Position numbers and translations under genes: made by a program. Below are positions 9,831-20,212 of a stretch of 64,000 bases of DNA, piece after piece; position 1 is the first letter of the stretch, and each line of letters begins with the position of its first letter. The DNA comes from a virus (Duplodnaviria; Caudoviricetes): positions 1 through 64,000 of the IMG/VR virus record IMGVR_UViG_3300037067_022526; one strand, given 5' to 3'. Below the pieces are notes generated by a model, which saw only the letters and a program-made list of their open reading frames with translations, had not been told where the DNA came from and did not search any database.

Positions 9831-9970
9831 TGCAAGATTTTGTCAATTATATAGCAACAGCGGTTGAAGGATCGATTAGATTCGTAATTTGTTCGTTCTT
9901 GCTATTAATCCCGATCATAATTTTAGGAGTTTGGAAGCTAATTGAAATTATAATTTGGATGTTTAATTAG
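9827..9970 (+). CDS. small membrane protein (47 aa)
   Basis: ATGA overlap with pth2; hydrophobic FVICSFLLLIPIIILGVWKLIEIIIW. Confidence 0.55.
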   Translation: MMQDFVNYIATAVEGSIRFVICSFLLLIPIIILGVWKLIEIIIWMFN

Positions 9971-9983
9971 TTGAGGAAATTAG

Positions 9984-10319
9984 ATGCCAGAATCGTTCGG
10001 TAGTTATTTCAAAAAGTGTCGCATTGCTAAGAAGATTACATTGCGATCATTTTGCAAGCAGAACAATTTTAATCCGGTAGATATTAGCAGAATTGAGCGT
10101 GGAATGATCCCACCACCTAAAAACAAAATTATTGAATATGCTGTAGCACTGGGGTTACAACCCGAGCAGAATGAATGGCTAGAATTCATTGGGCGTGCGT
10201 CGGCAGAGTTTGGAGATATTCCCAGAATACTCAGTGACGAAGAGATTGTTAAGAAATTGCCAATTTTTTTAAAAACTAACAAACCCAGTGATTTGATAGA
10301 AAAAATAAGGAGAGCCTAA
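9984..10319 (+). CDS. XRE-family HTH regulator
   Basis: FGSYFKKCR...TLRSF...ISRIERG...PP. Confidence 0.85.
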   Translation: MPESFGSYFKKCRIAKKITLRSFCKQNNFNPVDISRIERGMIPPPKNKIIEYAVALGLQPEQNEWLEFIGRASAEFGDIPRILSDEEIVKKLPIFLKTNKPSDLIEKIRRA

Positions 10320-10325
10320 AATAAC

Positions 10326-10399
10326 CCGAGGGAGCGCATTTGGTAAGTGCGGGCAGTCTTATACACTGCTGTTAATGGGTTCGATTCCCGTCTCTCGGA
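10326..10399 (+). tRNA. tRNA-Ile(UAU)
   Basis: acceptor CCGAGGG/CTCTCGG; anticodon arm GCAGT-CT TAT AC-ACTGC; T-arm ATGGG-TTCGATT-CCCGT; no encoded CCA. Confidence 0.8.
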
Positions 10400-10408
10400 T
10401 CAGATTAT

Positions 10409-10483
10409 GGACCAGTAGCCTAATTGGTTTAGGCAGGAGACTGAAGATCTCTGCATTGTCGGTTCGAATCCGGCCTGTGTCCA
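10409..10483 (+). tRNA. tRNA-Phe(GAA)
   Basis: anticodon arm GGAGA-CT GAA GA-TCTCT; T-arm GTCGG-TTCGAAT-CCGGC; acceptor stem has a 1-nt bulge. Confidence 0.75.
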
Positions 10484-10486
10484 TTA

Positions 10487-10558
10487 GGGAACGTGATGTT
10501 AATGGTAGCATTTTCGACTCTTAATCGAACCGTGCGAGTCCGAATCTCGCCGTTCCCA
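10487..10558 (+). tRNA. tRNA-Lys(CUU)
   Basis: acceptor GGGAACG/CGTTCCC; TTCGA-CT CTT AA-TCGAA; atypical T-loop TCCGAAT. Confidence 0.85.
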
Positions 10559-10560
10559 TC

Positions 10561-10634
10561 GGGAGCGAAGCTGAGCAGGCACAGCACTAGCCTTTTAAGC
10601 TAGGGTTTTGTGGGTTCGAATCCCACTGCTCCCA
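10561..10634 (+). tRNA. tRNA-Lys(UUU)
   Basis: acceptor GGGAGCG/TGCTCCC; CTAGC-CT TTT AA-GCTAG; GTGGG-TTCGAAT-CCCAC. Confidence 0.85.
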
Positions 10635-10730
10635 TATGGTGGCCAGTATCTTGTTTTGGTATGCTGTTTGCTGTATAATACTTGGTATACCAATTTGTTT
10701 TGTATGGTTTCTGTTAACAAGGAGAATAGA

Positions 10731-10883
10731 TTGAACTCGAAAATGAGAAATACTGCGATTAAACACCGCAAAGCCGCCGAGCGTTTACGCACAAAAAGAC
10801 GGCTAATGCTGGAATCCTCGGTCGAGAATCGTAAGTTGCGTCGTAAATCCAGAAAAGAGAAGAGACAAAATCAAGGCGTGTGA
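10731..10883 (+). CDS. small Arg/Lys-rich protein
   Basis: AAGGAG RBS before TTG 10731 (alternative ATG 10743); stop overlaps the NUDIX start. Confidence 0.5.
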   Translation: MNSKMRNTAIKHRKAAERLRTKRRLMLESSVENRKLRRKSRKEKRQNQGV

Positions 10884-11425
10884 TGAAACAAGAATTGGCT
10901 AGTGGAAAGTTTCTCCGGTTGATGAAGATTGAAAACAACTGGGAATCCGTCGAAAGAGTCAACGCTGACAAAGTTGTACTAATTATCGCAATAACTGATG
11001 ATGATAAAATTGTTTTGGTAGAGCAATTTCGATATCCCATAGGTTCTAATTGTATCGAATTGCCAGCAGGGTTAGTTGGCGATGTGAGAAAAGGCGAATC
11101 AACCCTAGACGCAGCAAAAGCGGAATTGCTAGAAGAAACAGGATATGAGGCTGATCATTGGCAATTTATTATGAGCGGAGTATTGTCTCCTGGTATGAGT
11201 AATGAAATAGCGGATGTATATTGTGCAACTGGGTTGAAAAAAGTGCACGATGGTCCAGTTGATGAAAGTGAAAAAATAACCGTGCATGAGGTTGATATAG
11301 ACAGATATTCGTTTGCAGATTGGGAGATAAACGACAAACCTCGCAGATCGATATTGGATACTAAGATATATGCGGGTCTGTATGTTGCTGAATTTTTTGT
11401 GCAGGAACGAGATGAGAGCCACTGA
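10880..11425 (+). CDS. NUDIX hydrolase, ADP-ribose pyrophosphatase-like
   Basis: LVEQFRYP, IELPAGLV...ESTLDAAKAELLEETGY Nudix box, SPG motif. Confidence 0.9.
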   Translation: MMKQELASGKFLRLMKIENNWESVERVNADKVVLIIAITDDDKIVLVEQFRYPIGSNCIELPAGLVGDVRKGESTLDAAKAELLEETGYEADHWQFIMSGVLSPGMSNEIADVYCATGLKKVHDGPVDESEKITVHEVDIDRYSFADWEINDKPRRSILDTKIYAGLYVAEFFVQERDESH

Positions 11426-11624
11426 AGCATTACATTATTATAACAGCGAATCCGCTCCAACTAAGACATGGATGCGGCATCATTATTCACATTTTGACCC
11501 CAACGTTGAGGATCAAAAAGCAAGAGAAAAGTACCAAGAACAGAAAGACAGGAGTAAAAAGAAAATGAAAGTAAAGGACATTTTCGGGTAGATTGACAAC
11601 AAGAAAACAGAAAGGAAGAGCACA

Positions 11625-12257
11625 ATGGAAGTGCTTAACTCACCAGCTTTGGTTCTTAACAAAAATTGGCAAGCCCTTGACACTGTAACGGTTAGAAATG
11701 CCATAATTGATGTTATCGGTGAAAGAGCTAAATTTCTTTGTCCGGATTCATATCAAGTCTATGATATGAATGATTGGATGCAATTAGATCCTGGAAATGA
11801 TTATATTCAGGCGGCTCGACAGAAGATCAAACTGCCTGAAGTAATTATCTTTCCAAATTATAGCCGAATTCAGGAAAGAAAGATGTATTTCTCTCGCAAG
11901 AATTTGTGGAAGAGAGATCACGGGAGATGCCAGTATTGTGGAAGTCAGGATGATATAACAATTGACCACGTACTGCCTCGATCTCGTGGTGGAACATCTA
12001 CATTTACTAACTGTGTTTTGTGTTGCCTAAAGTGTAACACCCGAAAGGGCGGCAGAACACCAGAGGAAGCAAGCATGAAGCTCAGACGATACGCTGTTAA
12101 GGATGGCAAGCCATCCATAGAATACTACACAGCTCCAAAACCACTAAGATGGAGTCCATTATATAGGCTTCCACCTGGAAGTTATCCTAAATCTTGGAAA
12201 CAATTCTTACAAAGCAAGAATGATGAACTTTACTGGAATGTAGAATTAGATCCGTAA
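11625..12257 (+). CDS. HNH endonuclease (McrA-like)
   Basis: RDHGRCQYCG...TIDHVLPRSRGG...NCVLCCLKCNTRKG. Confidence 0.92.
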   Translation: MEVLNSPALVLNKNWQALDTVTVRNAIIDVIGERAKFLCPDSYQVYDMNDWMQLDPGNDYIQAARQKIKLPEVIIFPNYSRIQERKMYFSRKNLWKRDHGRCQYCGSQDDITIDHVLPRSRGGTSTFTNCVLCCLKCNTRKGGRTPEEASMKLRRYAVKDGKPSIEYYTAPKPLRWSPLYRLPPGSYPKSWKQFLQSKNDELYWNVELDP

Positions 12258-12268
12258 CCTCAACAATG

Positions 12269-12299
12269 AGCCCCCTGAATTTCAGGGGGCTTTTCTTTT
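12269..12299 (+). terminator. Rho-independent terminator
   Basis: AGCCCCCTGA/TCAGGGGGCT stem followed by a T-tract. Confidence 0.85.
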
Positions 12300-12311
12300 G
12301 GAGAATTTAAT

Positions 12312-12521
12312 ATGTTTCTAGATATTTTGCAATTCTTAACTACTAATAAATTGGCAATAGTAGGTGCAGCGGCAACCATTGGTGAATTGGTTGTAATAGC
12401 AGTTAATACAATGCGCAAATGTAAAGCGCAAAAAGTGCAAATCATGAGCAATCAACAGGTTAAGACTAAATCGTTTTTATGGTCTGCAAACCCCATAAAT
12501 TTATTCCGTAAAGTTGATTGA
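12312..12521 (+). CDS. small membrane protein
   Basis: GGAG RBS; one hydrophobic segment and a basic tail. Confidence 0.55.
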   Translation: MFLDILQFLTTNKLAIVGAAATIGELVVIAVNTMRKCKAQKVQIMSNQQVKTKSFLWSANPINLFRKVD

Positions 12522-12546
12522 TTGTCTGCTTGCTAATTGGTATAAT
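12518..12546 (+). promoter_or_regulatory. sigma70-type promoter
   Basis: TTGATT-17 nt-TATAAT. Confidence 0.6.
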
Positions 12547-12571
12547 GCATGCTGAAACTGAAAGGGAAGCC

Positions 12572-12946
12572 ATGAAAACTCGAATCGGATTTGTGTCCAA
12601 TAGCAGCTCGTCATCTTTTGTGGTAATAACGACTAAGTCGTCACACGAAAAAGCATTATCTCAACTTAAGGCATCCTCAAAATTTAAGGATGCTGTTGAG
12701 ATAATCAACCGATGGTCTGTATCAAAAACAATTGGAAAAGAAGAATTGATTTTAACCGCTGGACACCGATATGAAGATGGTTTGTATAGTTATTCACACG
12801 AATTTACAGGTCTAGAAACAAAACGTGAAGATGTTAGTTATGAAGACTACGATGAGATAGATAACGTGTCCAGTGTTTTGTATGAGTATGAAAAAATTAT
12901 TATTCAGGATTGTGAGAATACTACAACTTTGCACATGAATTGCTAA
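12572..12946 (+). CDS. conserved phage hypothetical protein (MKxRxGFVSNSSSSSF N-terminus)
   Basis: characteristic N-terminal motif at ATG 12572, just downstream of a promoter. Confidence 0.7.
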   Translation: MKTRIGFVSNSSSSSFVVITTKSSHEKALSQLKASSKFKDAVEIINRWSVSKTIGKEELILTAGHRYEDGLYSYSHEFTGLETKREDVSYEDYDEIDNVSSVLYEYEKIIIQDCENTTTLHMNC

Positions 12947-12960
12947 ACCGAGGAAACGAA

Positions 12961-13674
12961 ATGAATGACGAAAAATGTGAAATCATTACTGACGCGTCCG
13001 CGCTGCGGCAGGTATCAGCTCCTGTAGATTTGAATTCAGATTATCTCCCAAAAATAAATAAATTATTGCAATCATTTCCCGCTCAGCATTTAGGATTGGC
13101 TGCACCACAAATTGGTATATTCGAGAGATTTTTTGTTGCCAACTTGTCGATCGGTCGATTCGTATTTGTAAATCCACAATTAAAACTTCAACCCTCAACA
13201 ATCGCGTCCACGGAAGGATGTTTGTCCGTGCCAAATGTGCAAAAGACCATTCTCCGTCATGAATTTATTTCTATCAATGCGGACAAAATATTTAAGGTTG
13301 TAGGCGGATCTGTTGTAACTCCATCAGTTTGTACATTCGGATCAGAAGAGTCCAAATTGGACACCAAACTTTGTGGATTAGATGCCTGCGTTATTCAACA
13401 CGAATATGATCATTTGGAAGGCGTATTAATCATAGATCATGGGGATGTGCTAAACCCTGGTGAGCAAAGAAAGCGTCGGGAAGAAAAAAAGTTACAGAAG
13501 AAAATAGAGAAGAAGAAACTCAAGAGAAATCAGAAATCTCAACAAACCACCATAAAAATTAGTGACAATCAATTAAAAGAATTAGATAGAAAATTCAAAC
13601 TATCTGAAAAGCGAAATAAGAAGCGTGTCGAGATACAAGAACGACAACGAGCAATTCGGGAAGAGTCAATATAA
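12961..13674 (+). CDS. def: peptide deformylase with long basic C-terminal tail
   Basis: GLAAPQIG, EGCLS, QHEYDHLEG. Confidence 0.95.
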   Translation: MNDEKCEIITDASALRQVSAPVDLNSDYLPKINKLLQSFPAQHLGLAAPQIGIFERFFVANLSIGRFVFVNPQLKLQPSTIASTEGCLSVPNVQKTILRHEFISINADKIFKVVGGSVVTPSVCTFGSEESKLDTKLCGLDACVIQHEYDHLEGVLIIDHGDVLNPGEQRKRREEKKLQKKIEKKKLKRNQKSQQTTIKISDNQLKELDRKFKLSEKRNKKRVEIQERQRAIREESI

Positions 13675-13779
13675 ACCATTGATTTCAAGACAGATTCAAC
13701 AAAAAATAAAGTATAGAAGGAATGCTACAATCTGCCACTGAATGTTGCTCTAAAATGATATTTAGAAGGAATAGAAAAT

Positions 13780-16101
13780 ATGGAGCAAAATTTTACTCGC
13801 GAAGATACTTTAAAATTTTTTGGTGGCGATGAATTAGCAACGGACGTATATCTGAAGAAGTATGCGGTAACTAAACCAGATGGCACGATTATAGAATTTT
13901 TACCAACTCAAATGTGGGAAAGGATGGCGGTAGCAGCCGCATCTGTAGAAAAAAATCCCAATAAATGGCAAGAAAAATTTTACGAAGTCCTGTCGGGGTG
14001 GAGAGCAGTTCCACAGGGCAGCATAATGTTTGCTCTTGGCAATCCATATCAAAAATCATCATGCTCAAATTGTTTTACTTTACCAATTAAAGATGACAGT
14101 CTAGAAGCAATATTTGATACCGCCAAAGAAATGTCTCGAACGTATTCTTATCGCGGTGGTGTCGGCGTTGATATCTCTCCATTACGCCCAGCGGGATCAT
14201 TAGTTTCTAATGCTGCACGAACATCTACTGGTGCGTGGTCTTTCATGGATTTCTATAGTTATGTAACCAGATTGATCGGACAACATGGTCGCCGTGGTGC
14301 TTTAATGATAACCATTGAAGATAAGCACCCTGATTTGATTAATTTTATTACGTCAAAAACTAACAAGTCTAAAATAACAGGAGCTAATATTTCTGTAAAA
14401 ATAAGCGATGCATTTATGAAGGCGGTTGAAGATAATTCTATTTGGATTATGGAGTTCAAAACAAAACACGAGATTATACATAAAGAAATGCCAGCAAGGG
14501 AAATTTGGGATCTGCTTGTTAAAACAGCTACAGAAACCGCTGAACCAGGAATATTATTTTGGGATAATATATTAAAAGAATCTCCCGCCGATTGTTATGC
14601 CGATGTCGGATTCAGGACGACTTGTGTAAATCCTTGCGCAGAACTCCCCCTTGCAAATTACGATGCATGCACTCTTCTGTCGCACAATTTAACCACATAC
14701 ACTCGCAATGATTTTACTCAAGATGCATATTTTGATTTTGACCAGCTTGAAAAAGATATACATATATCTACCCGATTTCTGGATAATGTTAAAACAATAG
14801 ATCTTGAACTGATGCCCCTAAAACGACAAAGGGAGGTTGCAGCTAAAGGACGACGAATCGGCATGGGCACTAATGGTTTAGCCGATGCTTTAGCTAATTT
14901 GCGTATCAAATATGATTCAGATGAGGCAATCGAATTTGTTGGCAAATTATACGAATTTTTTGCTAAGACAGTTTATCAAATATCAGTAGAACTAGGCAGA
15001 GAAAAGGGTGTCTTCCCGATATTTGATGCAAAAAAAGAAAAAGGACACCCATTTTTGGAAAGAATTGGATTTGCCGGCAAGGCTCGTCGCAATATGGCCT
15101 GTTTGACATGTGCCCCTACCGGTTCTTTGTCAGCTATTTGTCGAACATCATCAGGTATTGAATCGGTTTTTAAAAATTCATATACCCGGCGGCGCAAGAT
15201 AACTCACAATGAAGCAGTCAATATACCCAAATCACAACTTTATAAAGATGAAATGGGAGATTTGTGGCAAGAATATACGGTGGTTCATCATAATGTTACT
15301 CGGTATTTGTCTCTCAGGGGGTTAGAGAATACGCCTGAGGTAAAGCTTCCCAAGTATTTTGTCGAATCTCATCAGATAAATTGGGACAAGAGAATTAAAA
15401 TACAAGCTACAATGCAGAAATTTATTGACCACAGTATAAGTGCGACTGTAAATCTGCCAGTAGGGACAAGTCCAGATGAAGTTAAAAAAATATATGAAGC
15501 AGCACATAAATATGGATGTAAAGGTTGTACTGTATATGTAGACCAATCCAGAGCCGGTGTACTTGTAACAAATGAAGCACCGACAAAAATCATCAAAACA
15601 GATGCTCCCAAACGTCCGAAAGAAATGAAATGCGATGTTCATCATATTACAGTTAAAGGAGATTTGTATTTCGTAATGGTGGGTATGCTCGAAAATGAAC
15701 CCTACGAAGTCTTTGCTGGTAAAAACGGATTATTCGATAGTAAAGTAAAAACCGGCGTGATAACTAAAGTCAAGAGAGGACAATATCAAGCCACGCTAGA
15801 TGATGGAACCACAATTGACAATATTGGAGAACACATAACCGATGAACAAGCTGCTGTTACGAGATTAATTTCTCTATCATTGAGACATGGAGCGGATATT
15901 AAACATTGTGTTAGTGTGCTAGAAAAAGTACCTGGTGATTTACAAAATTTTGCAAAATGTATTGCCAGGACCCTTAAGAAGTATATACCTGACAACACTA
16001 AGGTGACTGGTTTCACTTGTTTGGGATGTGGATCTAATAACATTGTTCGCACTTTGGGGTGCAAACAATGTCTTGATTGTGGTTGGTCTGCGTGTAATTA
16101 G
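13780..16101 (+). CDS. nrdJ: adenosylcobalamin-dependent (class II) ribonucleotide reductase
   Basis: SNCF, GGVGVDISPLRP, RRGALM, NPCAE, APTGS, C-terminal PKRP domain and Zn ribbon; no beta-subunit gene nearby. Confidence 0.9.
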   Translation: MEQNFTREDTLKFFGGDELATDVYLKKYAVTKPDGTIIEFLPTQMWERMAVAAASVEKNPNKWQEKFYEVLSGWRAVPQGSIMFALGNPYQKSSCSNCFTLPIKDDSLEAIFDTAKEMSRTYSYRGGVGVDISPLRPAGSLVSNAARTSTGAWSFMDFYSYVTRLIGQHGRRGALMITIEDKHPDLINFITSKTNKSKITGANISVKISDAFMKAVEDNSIWIMEFKTKHEIIHKEMPAREIWDLLVKTATETAEPGILFWDNILKESPADCYADVGFRTTCVNPCAELPLANYDACTLLSHNLTTYTRNDFTQDAYFDFDQLEKDIHISTRFLDNVKTIDLELMPLKRQREVAAKGRRIGMGTNGLADALANLRIKYDSDEAIEFVGKLYEFFAKTVYQISVELGREKGVFPIFDAKKEKGHPFLERIGFAGKARRNMACLTCAPTGSLSAICRTSSGIESVFKNSYTRRRKITHNEAVNIPKSQLYKDEMGDLWQEYTVVHHNVTRYLSLRGLENTPEVKLPKYFVESHQINWDKRIKIQATMQKFIDHSISATVNLPVGTSPDEVKKIYEAAHKYGCKGCTVYVDQSRAGVLVTNEAPTKIIKTDAPKRPKEMKCDVHHITVKGDLYFVMVGMLENEPYEVFAGKNGLFDSKVKTGVITKVKRGQYQATLDDGTTIDNIGEHITDEQAAVTRLISLSLRHGADIKHCVSVLEKVPGDLQNFAKCIARTLKKYIPDNTKVTGFTCLGCGSNNIVRTLGCKQCLDCGWSACN

Positions 16102-16112
16102 GAGACTAGAAA

Positions 16113-16652
16113 TTGGAAATTAAGGTGAAAAAGCTGCACCCCGACGCAGTGTTGCCTAAATGTGCGAACGAAACTGATGCTGGTTATGATTTAGTCGCAA
16201 TTGATGAGGGAGAAATTGTTAGTGAAGGTCTTGATATTATGTACATACAATATAGGACTGGTATAGCAATAGCACCACCCGAAGGATACCATACCGAGAT
16301 ATTTCCAAGATCAAGCATTAGCAAGAAACAATTGTTTCTTGCTAATTCCGTTGGATTAGTCGATTGTGTTCCAAGAGACACTCTAATTTCAACACCAAAC
16401 GGAAATATTGTAGTGCAAGATTTATTCGAGAAAAATGACAAATCATTGATATGCTCATTTAATGAAACTGATTTTTTGATTGAAGAAGACACCGTTTCGG
16501 ATATGTGGATAGTTGATAATATTGAATTATATCAAATACAAACGGATGAAGGTGATATTTTAGAGATTCCAGCCAATAAGCTAGTATATACAGATAATGG
16601 ATGGAAAAAGGCATGCGAATTAAAAGAAAATGATAATATTTTAAAATTTTAG
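16113..16652 (+). CDS. dut: dUTPase N-terminal half (84 aa) plus N-intein (95 aa, from 16365)
   Basis: DAGYDL, PRSS, NSVGLVD followed by CVPRDTLISTPNG...GWKKACELKENDNIL. Confidence 0.92.
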   Translation: MEIKVKKLHPDAVLPKCANETDAGYDLVAIDEGEIVSEGLDIMYIQYRTGIAIAPPEGYHTEIFPRSSISKKQLFLANSVGLVDCVPRDTLISTPNGNIVVQDLFEKNDKSLICSFNETDFLIEEDTVSDMWIVDNIELYQIQTDEGDILEIPANKLVYTDNGWKKACELKENDNILKF

Positions 16653-16708
16653 ATTTTACCAAAGGAAAATGTCTCCTCTATAGATAATTGATTATAGAGG
16701 AGATGTTT

Positions 16709-17659
16709 ATGATAAAAACAAAAATATGTGTAGAGTGCAAAGAGGAATTTATACCAAACAAGTATCGACAAGACGTGCAAAAATTATGCTCAAATAAATG
16801 CGCCATAAAATACAGGGGCAGAAAAAGACGTAAACGAGTCGATATAGCGTGCATAATGTGCGGAAAAATTTTTACTGTTGTTAAATCTAGATCTGATGCA
16901 AAATTATGTTCCAGAAAATGCCAAAGAAAATATTATTTAAGTGATCAGAATCCAGGCCGGAGACGAAAAAAAATAATCTGCAAAATTTGTAAAAAAGAGT
17001 TTGAATGTTCAAACTATGAAAATCGGATATTTTGCTCATTGAAATGTTTTGGAAAAAGTATTGAGGGAGTATCCCGCAAGAACGAAAAATCCCAGATATC
17101 TTTACATTGTCTAAATTGTAACAAAGTTTTTACAGTTTGGAATTATAGAAAAGATGCCTTGTTTTGCTCAAAAAACTGCAAAAATCAATCCAACAGAACA
17201 TCAAAAATATGTCAGAGTTGCGGAAAGTCCTTTACTGTTCCTGTTTATTTAAGTTGCAGAATATTTTGTGGGCAAGAATGTGCCGCGCGCGGAGTCGGCA
17301 AACGAATATCGATGTTTTCCAAAGAAATCACTCAGTTTCTGGATGATAATAAGATTGTTTACAAAACAGAACGACCAATCAAAGGCGATAACTTTAAATA
17401 TTTTGTTGACATATTAATTGATAATATTGTAATCGAATGTTTCGGTGATTATTGGCATTGTACACCTGATAAATACGGTCCTGATTATTATCACTCTCAA
17501 ATTAAATTAAGTGCGAAAGAAATTTGGGACAGAGACGCCTTGAGAATAGATCGTATTCGAAATAAAGGATTTCGAACAATGATAATCTGGGAGGGCAAAT
17601 TCAATCAAAACAAGAACAAAGTACAAAAGGAGATTTTAAATGAAATTTGTAAAAATTAA
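16709..17659 (+). CDS. free-standing Vsr/DUF559-like homing endonuclease with Zn-finger repeats
   Basis: repeated CxxC...F/LCSxxC units; VDILID...IECFGDYWH...RD...GFRTMIIWE. Confidence 0.85.
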   Translation: MIKTKICVECKEEFIPNKYRQDVQKLCSNKCAIKYRGRKRRKRVDIACIMCGKIFTVVKSRSDAKLCSRKCQRKYYLSDQNPGRRRKKIICKICKKEFECSNYENRIFCSLKCFGKSIEGVSRKNEKSQISLHCLNCNKVFTVWNYRKDALFCSKNCKNQSNRTSKICQSCGKSFTVPVYLSCRIFCGQECAARGVGKRISMFSKEITQFLDDNKIVYKTERPIKGDNFKYFVDILIDNIVIECFGDYWHCTPDKYGPDYYHSQIKLSAKEIWDRDALRIDRIRNKGFRTMIIWEGKFNQNKNKVQKEILNEICKN

Positions 17660-17954
17660 ATCAATAAACAAAAGCAGAGTTGCTCCGATATATCATTTAA
17701 CCGTTGAAAAAAATCACAATTTTTTTGCTAATAGATTATGCGTACACAATTGTGGGTATCGCAATGAAGTTCTTGTGCGTTTCAAGTATGTTGGGCATCA
17801 TAGCTTTTCGGCGGATACATCTAAGATATATTGTAAAGGCGACAAAATCGCTCAGCTTGTAATTCGAAAAACTGAGAAAATGGATTTTAAATTTGTAGAT
17901 GAATTAGATGCAACTGAAAGAAATCTGGGAGGATTTGGGTCTACGGGTAATTAG
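17640..17954 (+). CDS. dut: C-intein (37 aa) plus dUTPase C-terminal half (67 aa, from 17751)
   Basis: MKFVKIKSI...[20 protein letters not shown]|CGYRNEV...GDKIAQL...[10 protein letters not shown]. Confidence 0.92.
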   Translation: MKFVKIKSINKSRVAPIYHLTVEKNHNFFANRLCVHNCGYRNEVLVRFKYVGHHSFSADTSKIYCKGDKIAQLVIRKTEKMDFKFVDELDATERNLGGFGSTGN

Positions 17955-20137
17955 TATCTTGCTTGCCAGTTGCTATTTGTAACAATCTGTTCGATTGATT
18001 TATTTTCTAAATCAGACACAAGTCCCCGAGGAGTGCCACCTGTAGTAAGATACCAGTATATAAAAGTTTCTGCCTGTAACGTTGACAATTTATATTGTGA
18101 TTTGACTCGATTTATAAGATTCGCACCAACAGCCTCTTTCTCTAGATGCGCTAACTGAATGACGTTATATCTTCCTTCTCCTAAATCTTGCGGTGTGAGA
18201 AATTCTTTTACCCGTTCGCCTCCCATTTGTTGTGGTATTCTTTCGTATAGATCTCTCGACCTTTCGGGTATTCTTGTCCATTTTTGTTTTTGCATCTCGT
18301 AAGAAGTGATATACAAACTCTTGCCAGCTGCCTTAGCAAGTGTTATAACCATGTCTAACATTACCATAGGCCAATGTCTAAATGTTTTATTCCAAAAAGC
18401 AAGAGCAAGAGCTTCGTCATAAGCTGTATTATCCGGATAACTTAGATTTATAGGTGCTGAATCTTCCTTTCGGTACCATTGTCCGTCTTTCTTGGTAACA
18501 TATCCCTCTTGAATCTCTTTTATTTTTTCCCGTGTATTTTCTGATAGCGCTAAAATATCAGCATCGGTTTGTAGGTTATCAATTATCCAGTTGCCATAGT
18601 CTTCTTCACTAACTCTGCAATAAGCAATATTCCCATAATGGTGTCCTCTGTTGTTGACCAATTTTGTTAACATGTCTCTGGCATATGGGCACATTGCATC
18701 ACCAAAATTTTTCAACAGCGATGAAGGAGACATTGTAAAGGTCATTGATGGAACATCTGGTTCGCCATAGGATTCTTCGATATCAAAGCGACATGGAATC
18801 ATTTTGATATTTTTCAAGCCAGGATATTTGTTGGCGAATTCTTTTTGTGCATTATCGATTCTGGTTAAATAATCAATAATTTGCTGTATATTTTCATGTT
18901 GTTCCAAAAGAAGTTTGATATAGCTTAAATATTCACCCTTTAAATTTCTCTTTTTTGCAAAATCAAGTATTATTTGAGGATGTATTGGAGAATCAGGAAA
19001 TTTTTTCATAGCCGCATCAAAAAACGGGAGATACGTTTTTACTATATCTGCCGAACTAATTGGTAGCATCTCAGAAAGATCTAAATTTTCTTTTGACATT
19101 AAAGCCTGGTAGTCACTATATTCAATTGCTTCTACTGCTTTTTTACAGTCATAACAATATATTCCGTCGTGGATAAATTGGACATATTGCCCGTAGTCAT
19201 CGCCTCCAACTACACATCTGCCACAATTATCACAACAGGTCATTTCCATTCGGTCTTTACACTTATCGCACACCCATCCTTCAAAACCATTAAGTGTCAT
19301 GTCGCTTGTAAAATGCATCGCTTCCTTTTCATTTTCTACTTTCTCAGAACAACTCTCACAGTTGGGCAAATCATCATAGCACTCCTCGCAATATATCTCA
19401 TCAAGTTCATGGATATCATCTCTGCCGGGTATTATTTCGTCACCGCATTTGCTACAGAAAGATATTTCCCATTTTTCACAATCATCACAGATGGGTTTTA
19501 ATTGTTTAACCTTAAATTTACTGAAATTTATTGCTATTAAGTTTGCAGTATTATCCCGCATTCCATCCAGCTCATTTATTCTATCAAAAACGCCTTTATA
19601 AGTAGTATAATACCCTTTAGTTGCAGGCATTAAAGATATATAAATGTGAGAATTTGTATATGGATATAATGGGGATGCAGATAGAGCATTAGATAAATCT
19701 GAATAAAAGTCCCCACATACTTGTTTATTTTGAATTTCACTATCGTCTAAATTTTGTTCTGAATATGTTTGTTCATGCATTTGTTCTAATCTTAATAAAT
19801 AATTATTTAATATCTGTCGATATTCATTCATTAGCTTAGCAATTTCTTCGGAAATTATATTTTGGTCAATGTTAATTCCGATCGATTCGCTAGAAAATAC
19901 ATTGCCTTCTTTGTCGCGGTCAGACCAATAATTCACTCTGACAATATTTTCTACCTCTTCATTGCATAGAGCACATCTCCACCTGCCATCTGCATCGGGG
20001 ACTTTTTGTGCATCATTTTCTAGAAAAGAAGTATAATATGAAATATCATGGTAGGGTAGAACTTGCTGGGTCTGGGCAGTTTTAATGGCAAATTCCCAAT
20101 GTCGGCAAGTTCGTATTTTAGGATAAATCCGAAGCAA
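17951..20137 (-). CDS. hypothetical protein with multiple CxxC motifs (728 aa)
   Basis: long ORF with AGGAG RBS before TTG; about 9 CxxC pairs. Confidence 0.8.
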   Translation of the reverse strand: MLRIYPKIRTCRHWEFAIKTAQTQQVLPYHDISYYTSFLENDAQKVPDADGRWRCALCNEEVENIVRVNYWSDRDKEGNVFSSESIGINIDQNIISEEIAKLMNEYRQILNNYLLRLEQMHEQTYSEQNLDDSEIQNKQVCGDFYSDLSNALSASPLYPYTNSHIYISLMPATKGYYTTYKGVFDRINELDGMRDNTANLIAINFSKFKVKQLKPICDDCEKWEISFCSKCGDEIIPGRDDIHELDEIYCEECYDDLPNCESCSEKVENEKEAMHFTSDMTLNGFEGWVCDKCKDRMEMTCCDNCGRCVVGGDDYGQYVQFIHDGIYCYDCKKAVEAIEYSDYQALMSKENLDLSEMLPISSADIVKTYLPFFDAAMKKFPDSPIHPQIILDFAKKRNLKGEYLSYIKLLLEQHENIQQIIDYLTRIDNAQKEFANKYPGLKNIKMIPCRFDIEESYGEPDVPSMTFTMSPSSLLKNFGDAMCPYARDMLTKLVNNRGHHYGNIAYCRVSEEDYGNWIIDNLQTDADILALSENTREKIKEIQEGYVTKKDGQWYRKEDSAPINLSYPDNTAYDEALALAFWNKTFRHWPMVMLDMVITLAKAAGKSLYITSYEMQKQKWTRIPERSRDLYERIPQQMGGERVKEFLTPQDLGEGRYNVIQLAHLEKEAVGANLINRVKSQYKLSTLQAETFIYWYLTTGGTPRGLVSDLENKSIEQIVTNSNWQARY

Positions 20138-20212
20138 AACAAACTCCTAGAATATATAATTGACCATACGCAAAAAGGTTATTGCAATCCTTTAGTGGTA
20201 TTTTAGATCGAT

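Noticed and set aside
10595-10730. ORFs starting or ending inside tRNA-Lys(UUU)
   Set aside because: They overlap a clear tRNA cloverleaf.
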